From Leucoraja erinacea (taxonomy: Eukaryota), in assembly GCF_028641065.1 (NCBI RefSeq), contig NC_073408.1:11036001-11100000 (forward strand): a DNA stretch of 64,000 nucleotides. The letters run 5' to 3'. Below the pieces are notes generated by a model. The model was not told the DNA's origin, searched no databases, and saw only the letters and a list, made by a program, of their open reading frames with translations. A program made the translations under genes and the position numbers. Positions 1 to 11,969 of the stretch are shown here, in pieces; position 1 is the stretch's first letter; each line of letters opens with the position of its first letter.

Positions 1-7
1 CCTCGCT

Positions 8-232
8 GAGGCAGTCAAATGTTTGGTGTCCACTTTAATACAATGCCCCAAATAATTGTCTAAAGCTATAAATCTGGTACTTGGATTCTAATTCCAAACG
101 ATGATACGTCATAGGGTATTTCATGTCCTTCTCACTGAAGCCGTCAAATATTAGATTCCTACTTTAATCCAGTGCCCCCAATAATTGTCTAAAGCTGTAA
201 ATCTGGTACCTGGAGTCAAAAGCCAAGAGATG
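8..232. repeat. Degenerate 129-bp tandem duplication
   Basis: actttaatacaatgccccaaataattgtctaaagctataaatctggtac at 32, near-copy at 161. Confidence 0.7.
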
Positions 233-1094
233 CAATTGACGACTAGATCATTGAATGGAAGAATCCGCACATCTCTGTAACTGTGGGATCCTCTGAGATT
301 TAGCATTTGTAGACTTACACATAAGCACATTCAACCAAGGTTTTTACTACACTAGATGTCACATTTAATATAGTGCATTGGATTATTATTGCTATGAAAA
401 AGGCATAAAAGAACCAAAGGGAGTTGTGTTCTGTGCAAGGTGCAAATATGAATGTATGTGGTGTATCTAAGCCAATCTGTGGGGCAGAGGAAGCATCTTC
501 TCCATTGGGACAAGTTTACGCAAAAGCCAGGAAACCACATTAATGTTGTCAAGACAACCGTTCAGATCAAATGTACATTCAGGTTAAGCTCAATGCTTCA
601 AATGCAACAACATGGGACACATTGTGCGAGTCTGCAAAGTTGAGGAAGTGATAAGGTGCCACATCAAATATTGTTGTGGAAAATAAAGGCTGATAGTAGA
701 GTTGGTAACGTACTTGATTGAAGTCTGGCTTGTTCACAGACAGCTAGGCAACTCAGCAAAAATGGTCCTTTTCTGATTGGGGAGATAAAATGGTTAGTGT
801 GTCACAGGAATTGGTGCTGCATAAATGACCTGCATAAAGGTATGGTGTTAAATTTGCTGATGACACAATGATAGATGGGATATATCATGTATCATTATAC
901 TGATGGGATATGAGGAGCAGAGAGGTGACACATCATCCTGTGATTATTTATGACTACAGAAATGTCAATCTGATCTTCCAATAATTGAATTATTTGTCAC
1001 TGCCCTTTTTACCTTGACTCATGGGGCTGAGTCATTAATAGTGCTGTGAACTTGGCTCTGGGTTCACCTGCCTGAGAATCATTCAGTTCTCTGG

Positions 1095-1408
1095 TTTAGT
1101 TTTGTCTTAGTTAAGAGATACAGCATGGAAGCAGGCCCTTCGGCCCACCGAGTCCACACCGACCAGCGATCCTGACACATTAACCCATCTTACACACACT
1201 ATGGACAATTTTCCCTTATACCAAGCCAATTAACCTACAAACCTGTACGTCTTTGGAGTGGGGGAGTAAACCGAAGATCTCTGAGAAAACTCACGCAGTC
1301 ACGGGGAGAACGTGCAAACTCCGTACAGACAGCCCCCCCCTCAGTTGGGATCGAACCCGGGTCTCTGGCACAGCAAGCACTGTAAGGAGGCAACTCTATC
1401 GCTGTGCC
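1095..1408 (-). mobile_element. HE1/V-SINE-like tRNA-derived SINE
   Basis: B-box gggttcgatccc, V-domain tccaaagacgtacaggtttgtaggttaattgg, CR1-like tail gggccgaagggcctg..tctct on minus strand. Confidence 0.8.
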
Positions 1409-1854
1409 AACTGTTGTTCAGAGTTGAACACCACTTTGAATCAATGCTGCATTCCGGGCAGGAACTCATTCTGCTGATCTCCCCAAGTCAAATTGAGTTA
1501 TTGACATTTGCAGTGAGGTACAATGAAAATCTGCTTGCAGCAGCATCGCAGGCACATAAACTCAACAAACACACAAAAATATAAATTACATATCAATTAG
1601 AATCACAGAGTCTTACAGTGTGGAAACAGGCCCTTTGGCCCAACTTGCCCACACCTGCCACATGTCCTATCTACACTAGTCCCACATGCCTGCATTTGGC
1701 CCATATCCCTCTAAACCTGTCCTATACATGTACCTGTCTTAATGTTTCTTAATTTTACTACATACAAATTCAACAAGATCATGAAAAGAAAATGATTGTA
1801 CATAAAACAGAACATTCGTGTAAGAATACACCATTAGAAAACGAGGAAGAATTA

Positions 1855-2445
1855 GGTACACAAAAATGCTGGAGAAACTCAGCGGGTGCAGCAGCATCTA
1901 TGGAGCGAAGGAAATAGGCAACGTTCCGTAAAGATTGCTGATTTTAGTTCATGACGCGGATAGATCTACATCTCCGAATACAGATTTGAAAAATTCTCTT
2001 TTAAGGGGCCTTCTCTTCTATTTCTACTTTCCACTTTCTCTCTTCCTTTTTTATTTTTTATATACACACTTCACGTTTTTCTACTCTCTACCATCTATTT
2101 TTCCACTTTTTCCTCTTTCTATTGTTTTCTTTTTCTTGTCTTGCTTACTTCCTTCTTATAACATAAAACTAGAGGTTGTACATAGAATGGATTACGGTAT
2201 TACATAGTTGGCAGTATCCCTAAAATTAGGTTCCACTGTACTGTTTTGTGCTGTATTAACTTCTAATAAAATAAACAAAAACAAAAAAAAAATTCTAAAA
2301 AAGGAAATAAGAATTACATAAAACAGCAACGTTTCAGGACGAAACGTTGCCTATTTCCTTCGCTCCATAGATGCTGCTGCACCCGCTGAGTTTCTCCAGC
2401 ATTTTTGTGTGCCTTCGATTTTCCAGGATCTGCAGTTCCTTCTTA
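1855..2445. repeat. Same palindromic element, interrupted by a poly(A)-tailed insertion (1926-2333)
   Basis: Arms at 1856-1925 and ~2343-2412; duplicated GCAACGTT at 1918-1925 and 2326-2333. Confidence 0.75.
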
Positions 2446-2469
2446 AACACAAAGGTGGGATTAGGGTTG

Positions 2470-3400
2470 TGCCGGTCCGTTCAAGAACATAATAGTGGTA
2501 GGAAAGTAGCTGTTGCTGAGCCACGCGGTGTGGGACTTCTAATTTCTGTAACTTCCATCAATTAGTGGCAGCAAGAAGAGGATATGGCATGGATGGTGAA
2601 AATCCTTGACTATGGATGCTGCATTCTTGAAACAAAGCCTTGTGTAGATGCTTTCGATGTTAAAGAGGACTGTGTCTGCAATGGAATAGGCTGAGTCCAC
2701 CACTCCCTGCACCCCCATATGTATGTGTGATGGAATTGCTATTCCAGGCCATGATACATCCAGTCAGGATACCTTCTACAGTGCATCAGCATATGCTTGT
2801 TAAGTTAATCAGCATAATTTTAAGAAAATAGAGACAATGGTGTGCCTTCTTAATCATTACATCTATGCAGTGGGCCCAGGATGGGTTATCCAAGATCCTA
2901 ATGCCCAAGAATCTGAAGCTGCTACACAATTCCACCACCAACCTACCAATGTTAACTACCACATGGTCTTGTCTTCTGTAATCAACCCGTTTCTGTAGTC
3001 AACATTTAGTTCCTTGGGTTTGTTGATAGTGAGCACCACTCAATTAAGTGTTCCATCTTTCTCCTGTACGCTGACACATCACCTCTGGTGATTGAGCCAA
3101 CAACAGTGGTGTCATTTGAAAATGTATAAATAGTTGTGCTTAGCCATACAGTATTGGGTGTGGGTAAACTGAGGTCTGCCAACTAGGTCTTGCTTGAGGA
3201 AGGTAGGGATCCATTTGCAAAGGGAGGTGGAGGCCCAGGTCTTGGAGCATGTTGATGAGACTGGAGCGTTGAACGCTATTGTAATTGATGAACAGCACCC
3301 TGATGTTTGTGTTGCTGTTAACCATATGGTCCAGAACAGAGTGCAGAACCGGTGTGATGGCTGATGATGTTGACGTGGTCCTATCTTCTGCTTCACCTGA
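2470..3400 (-). mobile_element. Old degenerate Rex1-like RT fragment (its 3' tail probably at ~1484-1560)
   Basis: Minus-strand ORF ..AITPVLHSVLDHM..NIRVLFINYNS..LQDLGL resembles Rex1 RT; many stops. Confidence 0.6.
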
Positions 3401-6400
3401 CAAAAAAATTTAAAAAAAAAATTTTAAATGCGCGGCCCTGTCCAGTCGCCGTTGTGGCAGCTCCGCGAAAATTGTGTGTGTTTTTAACTTTTATGTTCCT
3501 TTTTAACTTATTTCTAAGTTCTAACTCCCTTGTACTAACAAAGTATGGCAGGGAAACCCTCTTAAATCTAAACTCCAGGGCAAACGGAGACTTTTTAAAC
3601 TCTGTACTTACTGATCCATCGTGGCCAGCAGAGATCAGCAGAAACTGCTGCAACAACAATGGGAGCTCGGCTGCAAGGAAAACCCAGAGAAAACATCGAG
3701 GGAAGCGGTGGGGGGATTCGGAATAGGCTGAGAGCCCAAGCCTTTCGTCCACCTCTCCCCAGCATTCTTCTGGCGAATGTCCAGTCCCTGGAAAACAAGC
3801 TGGATGACCTCAGGGCGAGGATCAGATTCCAGCGGGACATAAGGGACTGCAACATCCTCTGCCTGACTGAAACATGGCTGACCTCACTGATTCGGGATCA
3901 GGTAATCTGCCCAACTGAGTCCTTCACTGTCCACCGTGCTGACAGAACAGAAGCATCTTGGAAATCAAAGGGTGGAGGAGTCTGCTTCATGACCAATAAC
4001 AACTGGTGCAACCCTGGAAGTATCAAGATGCTTTCCCTTTCCTGCTCGCCGGACCTGGAGCACCTGACAATCTCATGCCGCCCATTCTACCTTCCCCGGG
4101 AGTTCGGCTCAGCGATCGTCACAGCCGTCTACATTCCACCGCAGGCGGACACCAACATGGCACTATCGGCCCTACACGATGTGCTATGTCGACATCAAAA
4201 CAAGTACCCGGATGCGGCTATGGTGGTGGCTGGAGATTTTAATAAATCAAATCTCAAGAAGGTCATGCCGAACTTCTACCAACACATCACGTTTGCCACC
4301 AGGGGGGAGAGAACTTTGAACCACTGCTACACGCCGTTCAGGAAAGGCTACAAGGCCGTTTCACTCCCTCCCCTAGGAAAATCTGACCACGCTGCCATTT
4401 TCCTGTTGCCGGAGTATAAACAGAGGATAGTTCGGGAAGCGGTAGAGACGAGGGACGTAAAGCGGTGGTCCGACCAGTCAGAGGCCATGCTGCAAGATGC
4501 ACTGAGTGATGTCGACTGGAATATGTTCCAAGCAAGTTCCAGTGACGTCAGTGAGTTCGCGGAAGCAGTCACAGACTTCATCGCAACAATAACCGACAAC
4601 ATCGTCCCCACGGTAAGGGTAAGCACCTTCCCGAACCAAAATCCCCGGGGTGGACAGGTCTGTCCATGTGGCCCTGAATGCTCGCACCGCTGCCTACAAC
4701 TCGGGCCTGGCATCAGGAAACATGGACGTCTACAAGGCAGAGTCCTACCGACTGCGAAGGGCGGTGAAGGACGCAAAGAGGAGGTACAGAGACAAGATGG
4801 AGTCACAGATGGAGCAGCAGGACACCAGAAGCCTGTGGCAGGGGTTACGGATGGTAACCAACTACCGGAGCACCCCTCCCTCATCTGCAAGTGCCGGCAC
4901 CTCCCTAGCTGATGACCTGAACTCCTTTTACGCTCGTTTCGAGAGGGGCAACACCACCCCAGGTCTGCCGACTATCGACAATACCGCCAGCGGGCTGGCT
5001 ACTGAAGCTGAAGGGAGGAATGTGCACACATTCTCGCTGTCCGAGCACGATGTGAGGAGGGCTCTGACACGGGTGAACACGAGAAAAGCTGCAGGCCCCG
5101 ATGGCATCTCGGGACGAGTAATCAAGTCCTGTGCTATGCAGCTAGCTCCAGAGCTCACTACATTATTCAACCTCTCCCTGGACAAGTCCGTGGTCCCGGC
5201 CTGCTTCAAAAAATCCATCATTGTACCTCCCCTGCCTGTCTGAATGACTACCGTCCAGTGGCCCTTACCTCGGTAGTCATGAAATGCTTTGAGAGGGAGT
5301 GAAGAAACACATCTGCGCCTTCCTCCCTCGGAACATGGACCCGTTGCAGTTCGCATACCGTCCGAACAGGTCCACGGACGATGCGGTCTCCCAGGTCTTG
5401 CACACCGCTCTCTCCCATCTGGACAGCCAGAAGGGGGGCTACGTGAGGATGCTGTTCATAGACTACAGTTCAGCCTTCAACACGATAGTCCCCACCAGAC
5501 TGGCCGGGAAGCTAATGGAATTGGGACTCTCTGTGTGCCTGGGTCCTGAACTTTCTCACCGCCAGGCCCCAGGTAGTCAAGATGGGAGGGAATACATAAA
5601 AGTCCCTCACCCTGAGTCAGGATCGCCCCAGGGTTGCGTCCTCAGCCACCTATTGTACTCCCTGTACACACATGACTGTGTGGCTAGGTTCAGCTCCAAC
5701 TCAATAATTAAGTTTACTGATGACACTGTGGTGGTGGGCCTGATCTCAGACAATGATGAGAAGGCCTACCGGGAGGAGGTGGCTGATCTAGCACTCTGGT
5801 GCCAGGATAACAGCCTCCTCTTGAACATCAAAAAAACGAAGGAGCTGATCGTGGACTTTAGGAGGGCACATCATCCAAGGACGTACACTCCATTGAGGAT
5901 AAATGGGGATCCTGTGGATAGGGTGAACTGTTTTAAATATCTGGGAGTCCACATCTCCGAGGATATGACATGGGCATCACACGCCTCAGCACTCGTGAGT
6001 AAGGCAAGGCAGCGCCTTTACCACCTCAGGCAATTTAGGAAATTCACAGTGTCTCTGAGGATCCTCCAGTGCTTCTACGCAGCGGCGGTGGAAAGCATCT
6101 TGTCCGGGAACATTACCATCTGGTTTGGGAATTGCTCTGCCAAGGACAAGAAGGCTCTGCAGAGAGTAGTGCGTTCGGCCGAACGCACTATGGGAACTTC
6201 ACTTGCCCCCCTGCAGGAACTATACATCAGGAGGTGCAACTCCAGAGCCAACAATATCATGAGAGACCCCTTCCACCCCTGCAATGGACTCTTCCAGCTG
6301 CTACGGTCAGGCAAACGCCTCCGTTGCCATGCGGTGAGAACAGAGAGGTTGAGAAGGAGTTTCTTCCCAGAGGCCATTCGGACTGTAAACGCCTATCTCA

Positions 6401-6592
6401 CCAGGGACTAACTCTACTGAACGTTTTTCCTTCCATTATTTATTATGTAAAGGTATATGAGTGTTATGATTGTGTTTATAGTTTGTTTGGTTGTTTGGTT
6501 ATTTGTCTTTTTGCACAAAGGTCCGCGAACATTGCCACTTTCATTTCACTGTACATCTCGTATGTGTATGTGACAAATAAACATGACTTGAC
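3400..6592 (+). mobile_element. Near full-length Rex1/Babar-type non-LTR retrotransposon (APE + RT), frameshifted
   Basis: APE motifs LANVQSLENK, LCLTETWL, AVYIPP, AGDFN, KSDH; RT motifs KAAGPDGI, QFAYRPNRSTDDA, FIDYSSAFNTI, PQGCVLS, KFTDD, FKYLG. Split over ORFs 3364-3726, 3659-4912, 4650-5243 and 5299-6411. 3' AATAAA-CATGACTTGAC tail. Confidence 0.92.
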
Positions 6593-7157
6593 ATCTCCCT
6601 TCGAACTCTCTGTCCCCACCAATTACATCCATTCTCACTCCATGATCTCTTTATAAAAAAAAGGTAAGGGGCATAGATGAGGTGAATACATTTGTGTGGG
6701 TTTTGCACCATCTATAAAAATTGGCAGATTTAGTTGGCTGCTGCACACATGAAGAGATTCCTTGCTTTATTAACAGAACAATAAAGTAGATAGCAATGAG
6801 GATAAATTAGACTCCTGATTGGGACATAGTTGAATTATTGGGCTGAATTATGGGCAATAAACTTTATGAAGGACTTCAAAACAAGTATTCACAAATGCTC
6901 TACAGATGAGGTTGTATGCGGTTTCAATGAAACCAAAATAGTATTGTACGAATGTTTGAAGGAGCTATTTGCAGTGAAATGAGGAATTGTGTGGGAAAAT
7001 AGTATGCACTGCGGTGCACTCCAAAAGATATGTGCAAACTTGACTGGCTGAATGGCTTTGTTCTGTGCTGGATTCTTTTATTGATTCTACAGATAGCTAT
7101 TCGGTAACACATAGTAAAAGCAAGGAAACGTATGAGTCATTAAATTCATTTCAAAGT

Positions 7158-7163
7158 TTTATT
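7158..7163 (-). terminator. Polyadenylation signal of apolipoprotein gene
   Basis: AATAAA on minus strand ~160 nt after the stop. Confidence 0.6.
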
Positions 7164-7320
7164 GCAGATATTTTACAGTTTAAACTCTAGAAATGCAGTC
7201 AGTGATTTTTATATGTTCTTCTCAGAAAAAAATATATATATTTAGCATATTATAATTTGAGATAATGAGGACCCCATTATCCTGACACATGGATTGACCG
7301 AGTCACTTTATACTTCTCAA

Positions 7321-8230
7321 TTAGTTCTTCAGATTCTGCCAGAGGTCGTCCCATACAGTTGTGAGCTTGGTCTGAAGATCCTGCTGCATGTTGCCTCCAC
7401 TCAGAGCAAGTCTCTCTTGCATCTCCCTCACATTCTGACTGATGATCTTGTTCAGCTGCTCGGTGTAGGGAGCCACATTCTGATGGAACTCCTCGATTCT
7501 CTGGTTGATGTTGGTGTTGAGATTTTCGATGTATGGGGCCAGGTTCTGGTCCATGCTTCCCACGTTCTCGTTCAGTTTTACTTTCAGTTCGGCGATGTAA
7601 GGGTTCAGCTTCTGGTTCAGATCTTTCACGTGCTCGTTGACCTTTGTCTGGAGCATCTTGGCATAAGGCACCACCCTCTGGGTCATTTCTGCAATCTGCT
7701 GGTTCATCTTCAGCTGGACATCTTCGGCGTAGGGAGTCAAGCTACTGCGCAGCTCCTGGACATTCTCATCAAACCTGGAGCGAAACTCTTCAGCTTTGGC
7801 AGCCGCATTCTGCCTAAGGATGTCCATATTTTCATCGATCTTCATCTGGAGCTCTTCAGCGTAGGGAGTCAGGACTTCCCTCAGGTTCTCTGCGCTCACT
7901 TCCAGTTTGGCCTGAAGCTCTTCAGTGAAGGGAGTCAACCTCTGCCTAAGTTCCTCCGCATTCTTCTTCAGCTGTTGGCCAAGTTCTTCAGTGTAAGGTG
8001 TCAACCTCTGATGAAATTCTTCAATGTTCCTGCTGATTCTCTGATGGACTCCTTCCGCAAAGGGAGAAAGTTTCTCCTTCAGGTCTTCCAGCTGCTCTCG
8101 TATCTGCTGGCGAAGGATCTCAATGTCTACTGTCATCTGCTCATGGAGACCATCTGTGAAGGGAGTCAACTTCTGTCGGAGATCTTCAGCATAGTCATTG
8201 GCACTCTGCAGATTGTCCTGGATAAGGTGA
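7321..8230 (-). CDS. Apolipoprotein last exon (22-mer helical repeats)
   Basis: Acceptor tccctcttttccag|; HLIQDNLQSANDYAEDLRQKLTPFTDGLHEQ...DLQTKLTTVWDDLWQNLKN*. Confidence 0.93.
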
Positions 8231-9769
8231 CTGGAAAAGAGGGACAATTGTTTCTTAAACTTGTTAGGAAAGGACATTTGAATCAGAAAGCCTTTTGGAT
8301 TTAATTCCAGATCTTCCTTGGTAACACATGATTAGATTCATCTGATATCTTTCATTCATTCTGTTCTCCTACTGTTTCATTTTGGGTAGTAAAATAAGGC
8401 ATTGATTTCAAACAAATAGAGATCTCCTTTTATGCTATGGATTAAATAATTCTAACATAACAATTATACTGCTTGCTTAAACTCCACTGTTTAAAGAGGT
8501 GCCAAATAATCTGTTTTTAGGAAAAGGGATGGTTAATGGTACAAATACACAATGGGCCTAGAGTTTAGCAAGTGGCCAATTTCAAAGAAAATCAAGATTA
8601 TAATGAAGATCAAATGTTGAGTAGAAAATGGGCATCAGTGATTGGGAGCAGTAATATACACTGCACAATATTTTGTTTTCGACTACAGTATACCCGAGCT
8701 TTATCTGTAGTCTGACACTTCCTGCACACGCATTTATATTTATGGCTGCATTTCCCATTTCTATATTTAATTGTAGCTGCATCTGGCCTATTGCAGTACT
8801 GCTACAAAGTCTGAGGCTATCCCTGCATGTGCTCACAGCTCTATACAGTGATCACACTTAGTTGCAGGAATAGATTTCAGTTTGTTGAGAGTCTGTTCTA
8901 CCATCCCCACCAGGCAACTTCCTTTATTTCAGTCTTAAGAAGGGCCCAGACCTGAAAGGTCACCTACTCCTTTTCTCCATAGATGCTGCCTCACCCGCTG
9001 AGTTTCCCCAGCATTTTTTGTCTACTTTCCTTTATTTCAAACATCAGTCTCATCCCAGTTTGGCCTCAAACAGGCAGAGAAAGCCACACTTTAATCGCTC
9101 AGTCAATGTACTTGGGAAACATTTACTTATTCTCTCATTTCTAGCTTTGCTGCATCTGACACAACTACCAACACTCACTTGAGTTGTTGCCTGATTTCCG
9201 AACCTTCGTTTAGGTCTTTGTTGGTCAATTGGCCAATGTAATCCCAGAATGCATCTTGAATTTGTTCTCTACTGAGTTCAGCCTGGGAGCCTGTGTGAAA
9301 ACAGAAAATGAAGTTGGTTTTCAGAGTGGTAACACAGGAACAAGTTAATTATAGCTAACATTAATTGCACAGACAAGCAGCTTGCAGTGGCCCATATTCA
9401 CCACTGAGACTTCACCATATCACAAGCCATAAAGGGATAATCTGGCTTCCCTCCCTGGTGATGAGTTTGGATATTTCTTAGAGTAAAGTCACTTGTCTTT
9501 TGGGACCTGGATTTAAAACTTGTCCAGGATGAATGGTGAAACAAGTCTTTCCCCAGGGAAGAAACATAGGTCTCAGAGCTCAGGGTCTGAACATAAAACT
9601 GGGCTGAACACATGGAGTGCAGATCTTTTGTCCAAAATCCATAAGCTTAAAAGAGATAGTAAAAAAAACTAACAGTTCAAGTACATTTAAAACAAAGCCT
9701 TAAATTTAAAAACCCGTACCTGTCAATCAAAGTAGCAGCTGCTAACAAAAGGATTGCCCAGTGATGCAT
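7321..9769 (-). CDS. Apolipoprotein A-IV/A-V-like (exchangeable apolipoprotein), 3 coding exons, ~356 aa
   Basis: Coding exons 9720-9769 (signal peptide MHHWAILLLAAATLI..), 9179-9290 (GSQAELSREQIQDAFWDYIGQL..RQQLN) and 7321-8230 (22-aa Pro-punctuated amphipathic repeats LTPF/LTPY/LAPY, stop TAA). GT-AG sites. The first coding exon is 50 nt where 49 is needed for frame. Body resembles APOA4; adjacent to ZPR1. Confidence 0.88.
9179..9290 (-). CDS. Apolipoprotein exon 3
   Basis: tttcacacag|gc tcc cag gct gaa ... ctc aa|gtgagt; FWDY motif; its phase-2 end matches the last exon. Confidence 0.9.
9720..9769 (-). CDS. Apolipoprotein exon 2 coding part (signal peptide); exon spans 9720-9806
   Basis: ttttcacag acceptor at 9807; ATG at 9769; hydrophobic peptide; AG|GTACGG donor; one surplus base. 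Confidence 0.78.
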
Positions 9770-10091
9770 GATGGGTTCACAATGCCTGCTTTACTGTTCA
9801 GAAAATCTGTGAAAATAAAGAAAAATATTCCATTATCACCAGTTATTCCTTTCTAAGAGGAATATTTTCCTGGGCATTCCTGCCTCACTCTGAACTCCAC
9901 ACAATTGTACCCTGCCACATGAATGAAAATAGGAAAATTAATTCTTGATGCAGTGGATTTTCTTCAAACAGTTACCTAAACACCACAACCTTATACAAAA
10001 ACGTTTGCCAAACAGATGCATATGTAATTGCACAAACACTCTGTGTCTTCTTAATTGCACCTCAATTAAACACAGATGCTGCTCCTCTTAC

Positions 10092-10360
10092 CTGCCTCTG
10101 ATCTGCTCTCTTCCTCCTGAAGCTCTGTGACTGAGCCCACAAGTGCTCTCTTTTTAAGGGCTCCTTATCACCAGTTGATAACAAATGTGCCTGTTTGTAA
10201 TTGATTCATGGACTTTCCCTGATGCTGAGACAACGTGGAACTTCCAACAATCCTGTCACTCTGAACTGTGATGTGTTTCCTTAAATATGGTTCCAACTCG
10301 ACCAATGGCCAACCAAAGGGATCAAACTCCAATCAGCAGGTATTCCTTGGTACAAAGGGC
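10092..10360 (-). promoter_or_regulatory. Apolipoprotein non-coding exon 1 and putative liver/gut promoter
   Basis: CAG|GTAAGA donor at 10091; TATA-like TTAAAAA at 10151-10157; GATA sites at 10165-10170 and 10176-10181; FoxA-like TGTTTGT at 10192; HNF4-like TGGACTTTC at 10209-10217 and CAAAGGGCA at ~10353. Confidence 0.55.
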
Positions 10361-10959
10361 ATATATTGATAACATCCAACAGTTGAGTAATCTAAGGATT
10401 TTATTAGTGTAAAGGTGATTACACTAAATGTTACTTTATTTCAATGGTGCTTCATTAGTCACAAGTGCAACTGCACAGTAAGATTCTTTTTTGCGTATTT
10501 ACACATGCAGGTGCCGCCATATTTTGGCGCCATTTCCAAAGTCTGGTCCACCCATGCACTCGGTCTACTGGAATGGCTCCCAATCCAGATAGGCCCCAGG
10601 CTCCTGCAAGGCCTCCCTCTGTTGCCTTTAAACAGATCGGATTGTCCATGAACCGACGACCCTCTCCTCGCCCGGCCATCTTTGTGCCCGGGGCCATTTC
10701 CTGCAGCCAACCTTGAAGGTGCTGGAGGTATTACCCCAGTTCTCCCTCCTACCGGCCCTTGCTCCTCATGTCCAAGGTCTCCAGCAGCTCCCTCCTCATC
10801 CATTCTCTGGTCAACGGGGACGGGCAGGGTCCACACCTGGTGGCCTCCCTCAACGGTCCGGGTCAGCCGAGCACTCAAGTCCTCTGGACGGGTTCCCTGT
10901 TCCATGGACGTGGCACCTTGGGAAGGCTTAAGGACATAGACTGAAGAAGAAGCAAAGGA

Positions 10960-11450
10960 AGATGATCATAGGTGTAAACATCACCAAAAAGTTGCCCTGG
11001 TCTGATGTTACAACCAAGAAAGCACACCAATGCCTCTATCTACTCAGAGCTCTAGGGATATTCGAGCTTGGTGTGGCAACTGTTCCAATCAAGAACCTAA
11101 GAATCTGCAGAGCTATGAATGCAGCCCGGTCCAACACACAAACAAACCTCCCTCCCATCAACTCCATCTACATTTCATGCTGCCTTGGGAAGTCAGCCAA
11201 AATAATCATGACTGCTCACACCCAAATCATTTTCTCTTCTCCACTCCTCCATTGATAATCTTGAAAGCATGTACTGCCAGATTCCAGAGCAGCCTTCCCG
11301 TTGTTATTAAATCTTAAAATAACCTCTCATATGCTAATGATGAATTCCCGACCTTCCAATCTACCTAATTGTAGTTCTTGCACTTTTTTATCTGCACTTT
11401 CTCTGTAGTTGTAACATTATATTCTTCACTCTTAGTTTCTCCTTGCACTG
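10960..11450 (+). mobile_element. Degenerate Rex1-like LINE 3' fragment
   Basis: GVNITKKLPWS..KKAHQCLYLLRAL..LPPINSIYISCC. Confidence 0.55.
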
Positions 11451-11969
11451 TGTAACCCGCATCAAGCCATCTCTTTTTCTCTACGGGTGCTGCTTGACCT
11501 GCTGTTTTTCTCTAGCAGTTTTTTAAATTTTGCTCTAGATTCCAGCATATGCAATCTCTTGTTGCTCCCTATAACACATCACTTGTTACATCTTGCAGAT
11601 CAGAAAATCAATTTATGGTCAGTCAAAGTTCCATGCCAACATATTGCCTCAAGCATCATATTTATATTTTCTGCAATAACCTTTGATGTGACACTTTATC
11701 AAAAGCCTTTTGAAGATGTAAGAGAATATATTCCTGGCCCCCCTCATCCATAGCACATGTGAATAAGTTTGTCTAATACAATTTCCTTTTCACAAAAACA
11801 AGTTAACTTCACCTGTTGGCATTCCATTTTGCAACTAAGCCCATAAGATGGTCAATTCATGCCAAACGTTTTTTGAGATATCCTCAGAAGTTAAGGTACA
11901 CAGCAACCTATGTTGCTCTTTAAATGCAGGGACTAATTGAATTCCAGTCAAAAAGACACAACAGGGGAT

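Noticed and set aside
1340-1408. tRNA-like A/B box sequence
   Set aside because: Head of an HE1/V-SINE-like SINE, not a tRNA gene.
4006-6656. Alternative-frame and antisense ORFs inside the Rex1 element
   Set aside because: Shadow ORFs of GC-rich LINE coding sequence with no independent motifs.
8231-8277. N-terminal part (MSFPNKFKKQLSLFS) of the 318-aa minus-strand ORF
   Set aside because: Intronic polypyrimidine tract upstream of the true acceptor at 8231-8232.
7294-8304. 336-aa plus-strand ORF
   Set aside because: Antisense shadow of the apolipoprotein last exon. The Leu/Val/Phe-rich translation is what the reverse complement of Glu/Gln/Lys-rich codons gives, and it has no ATG start or splice support.
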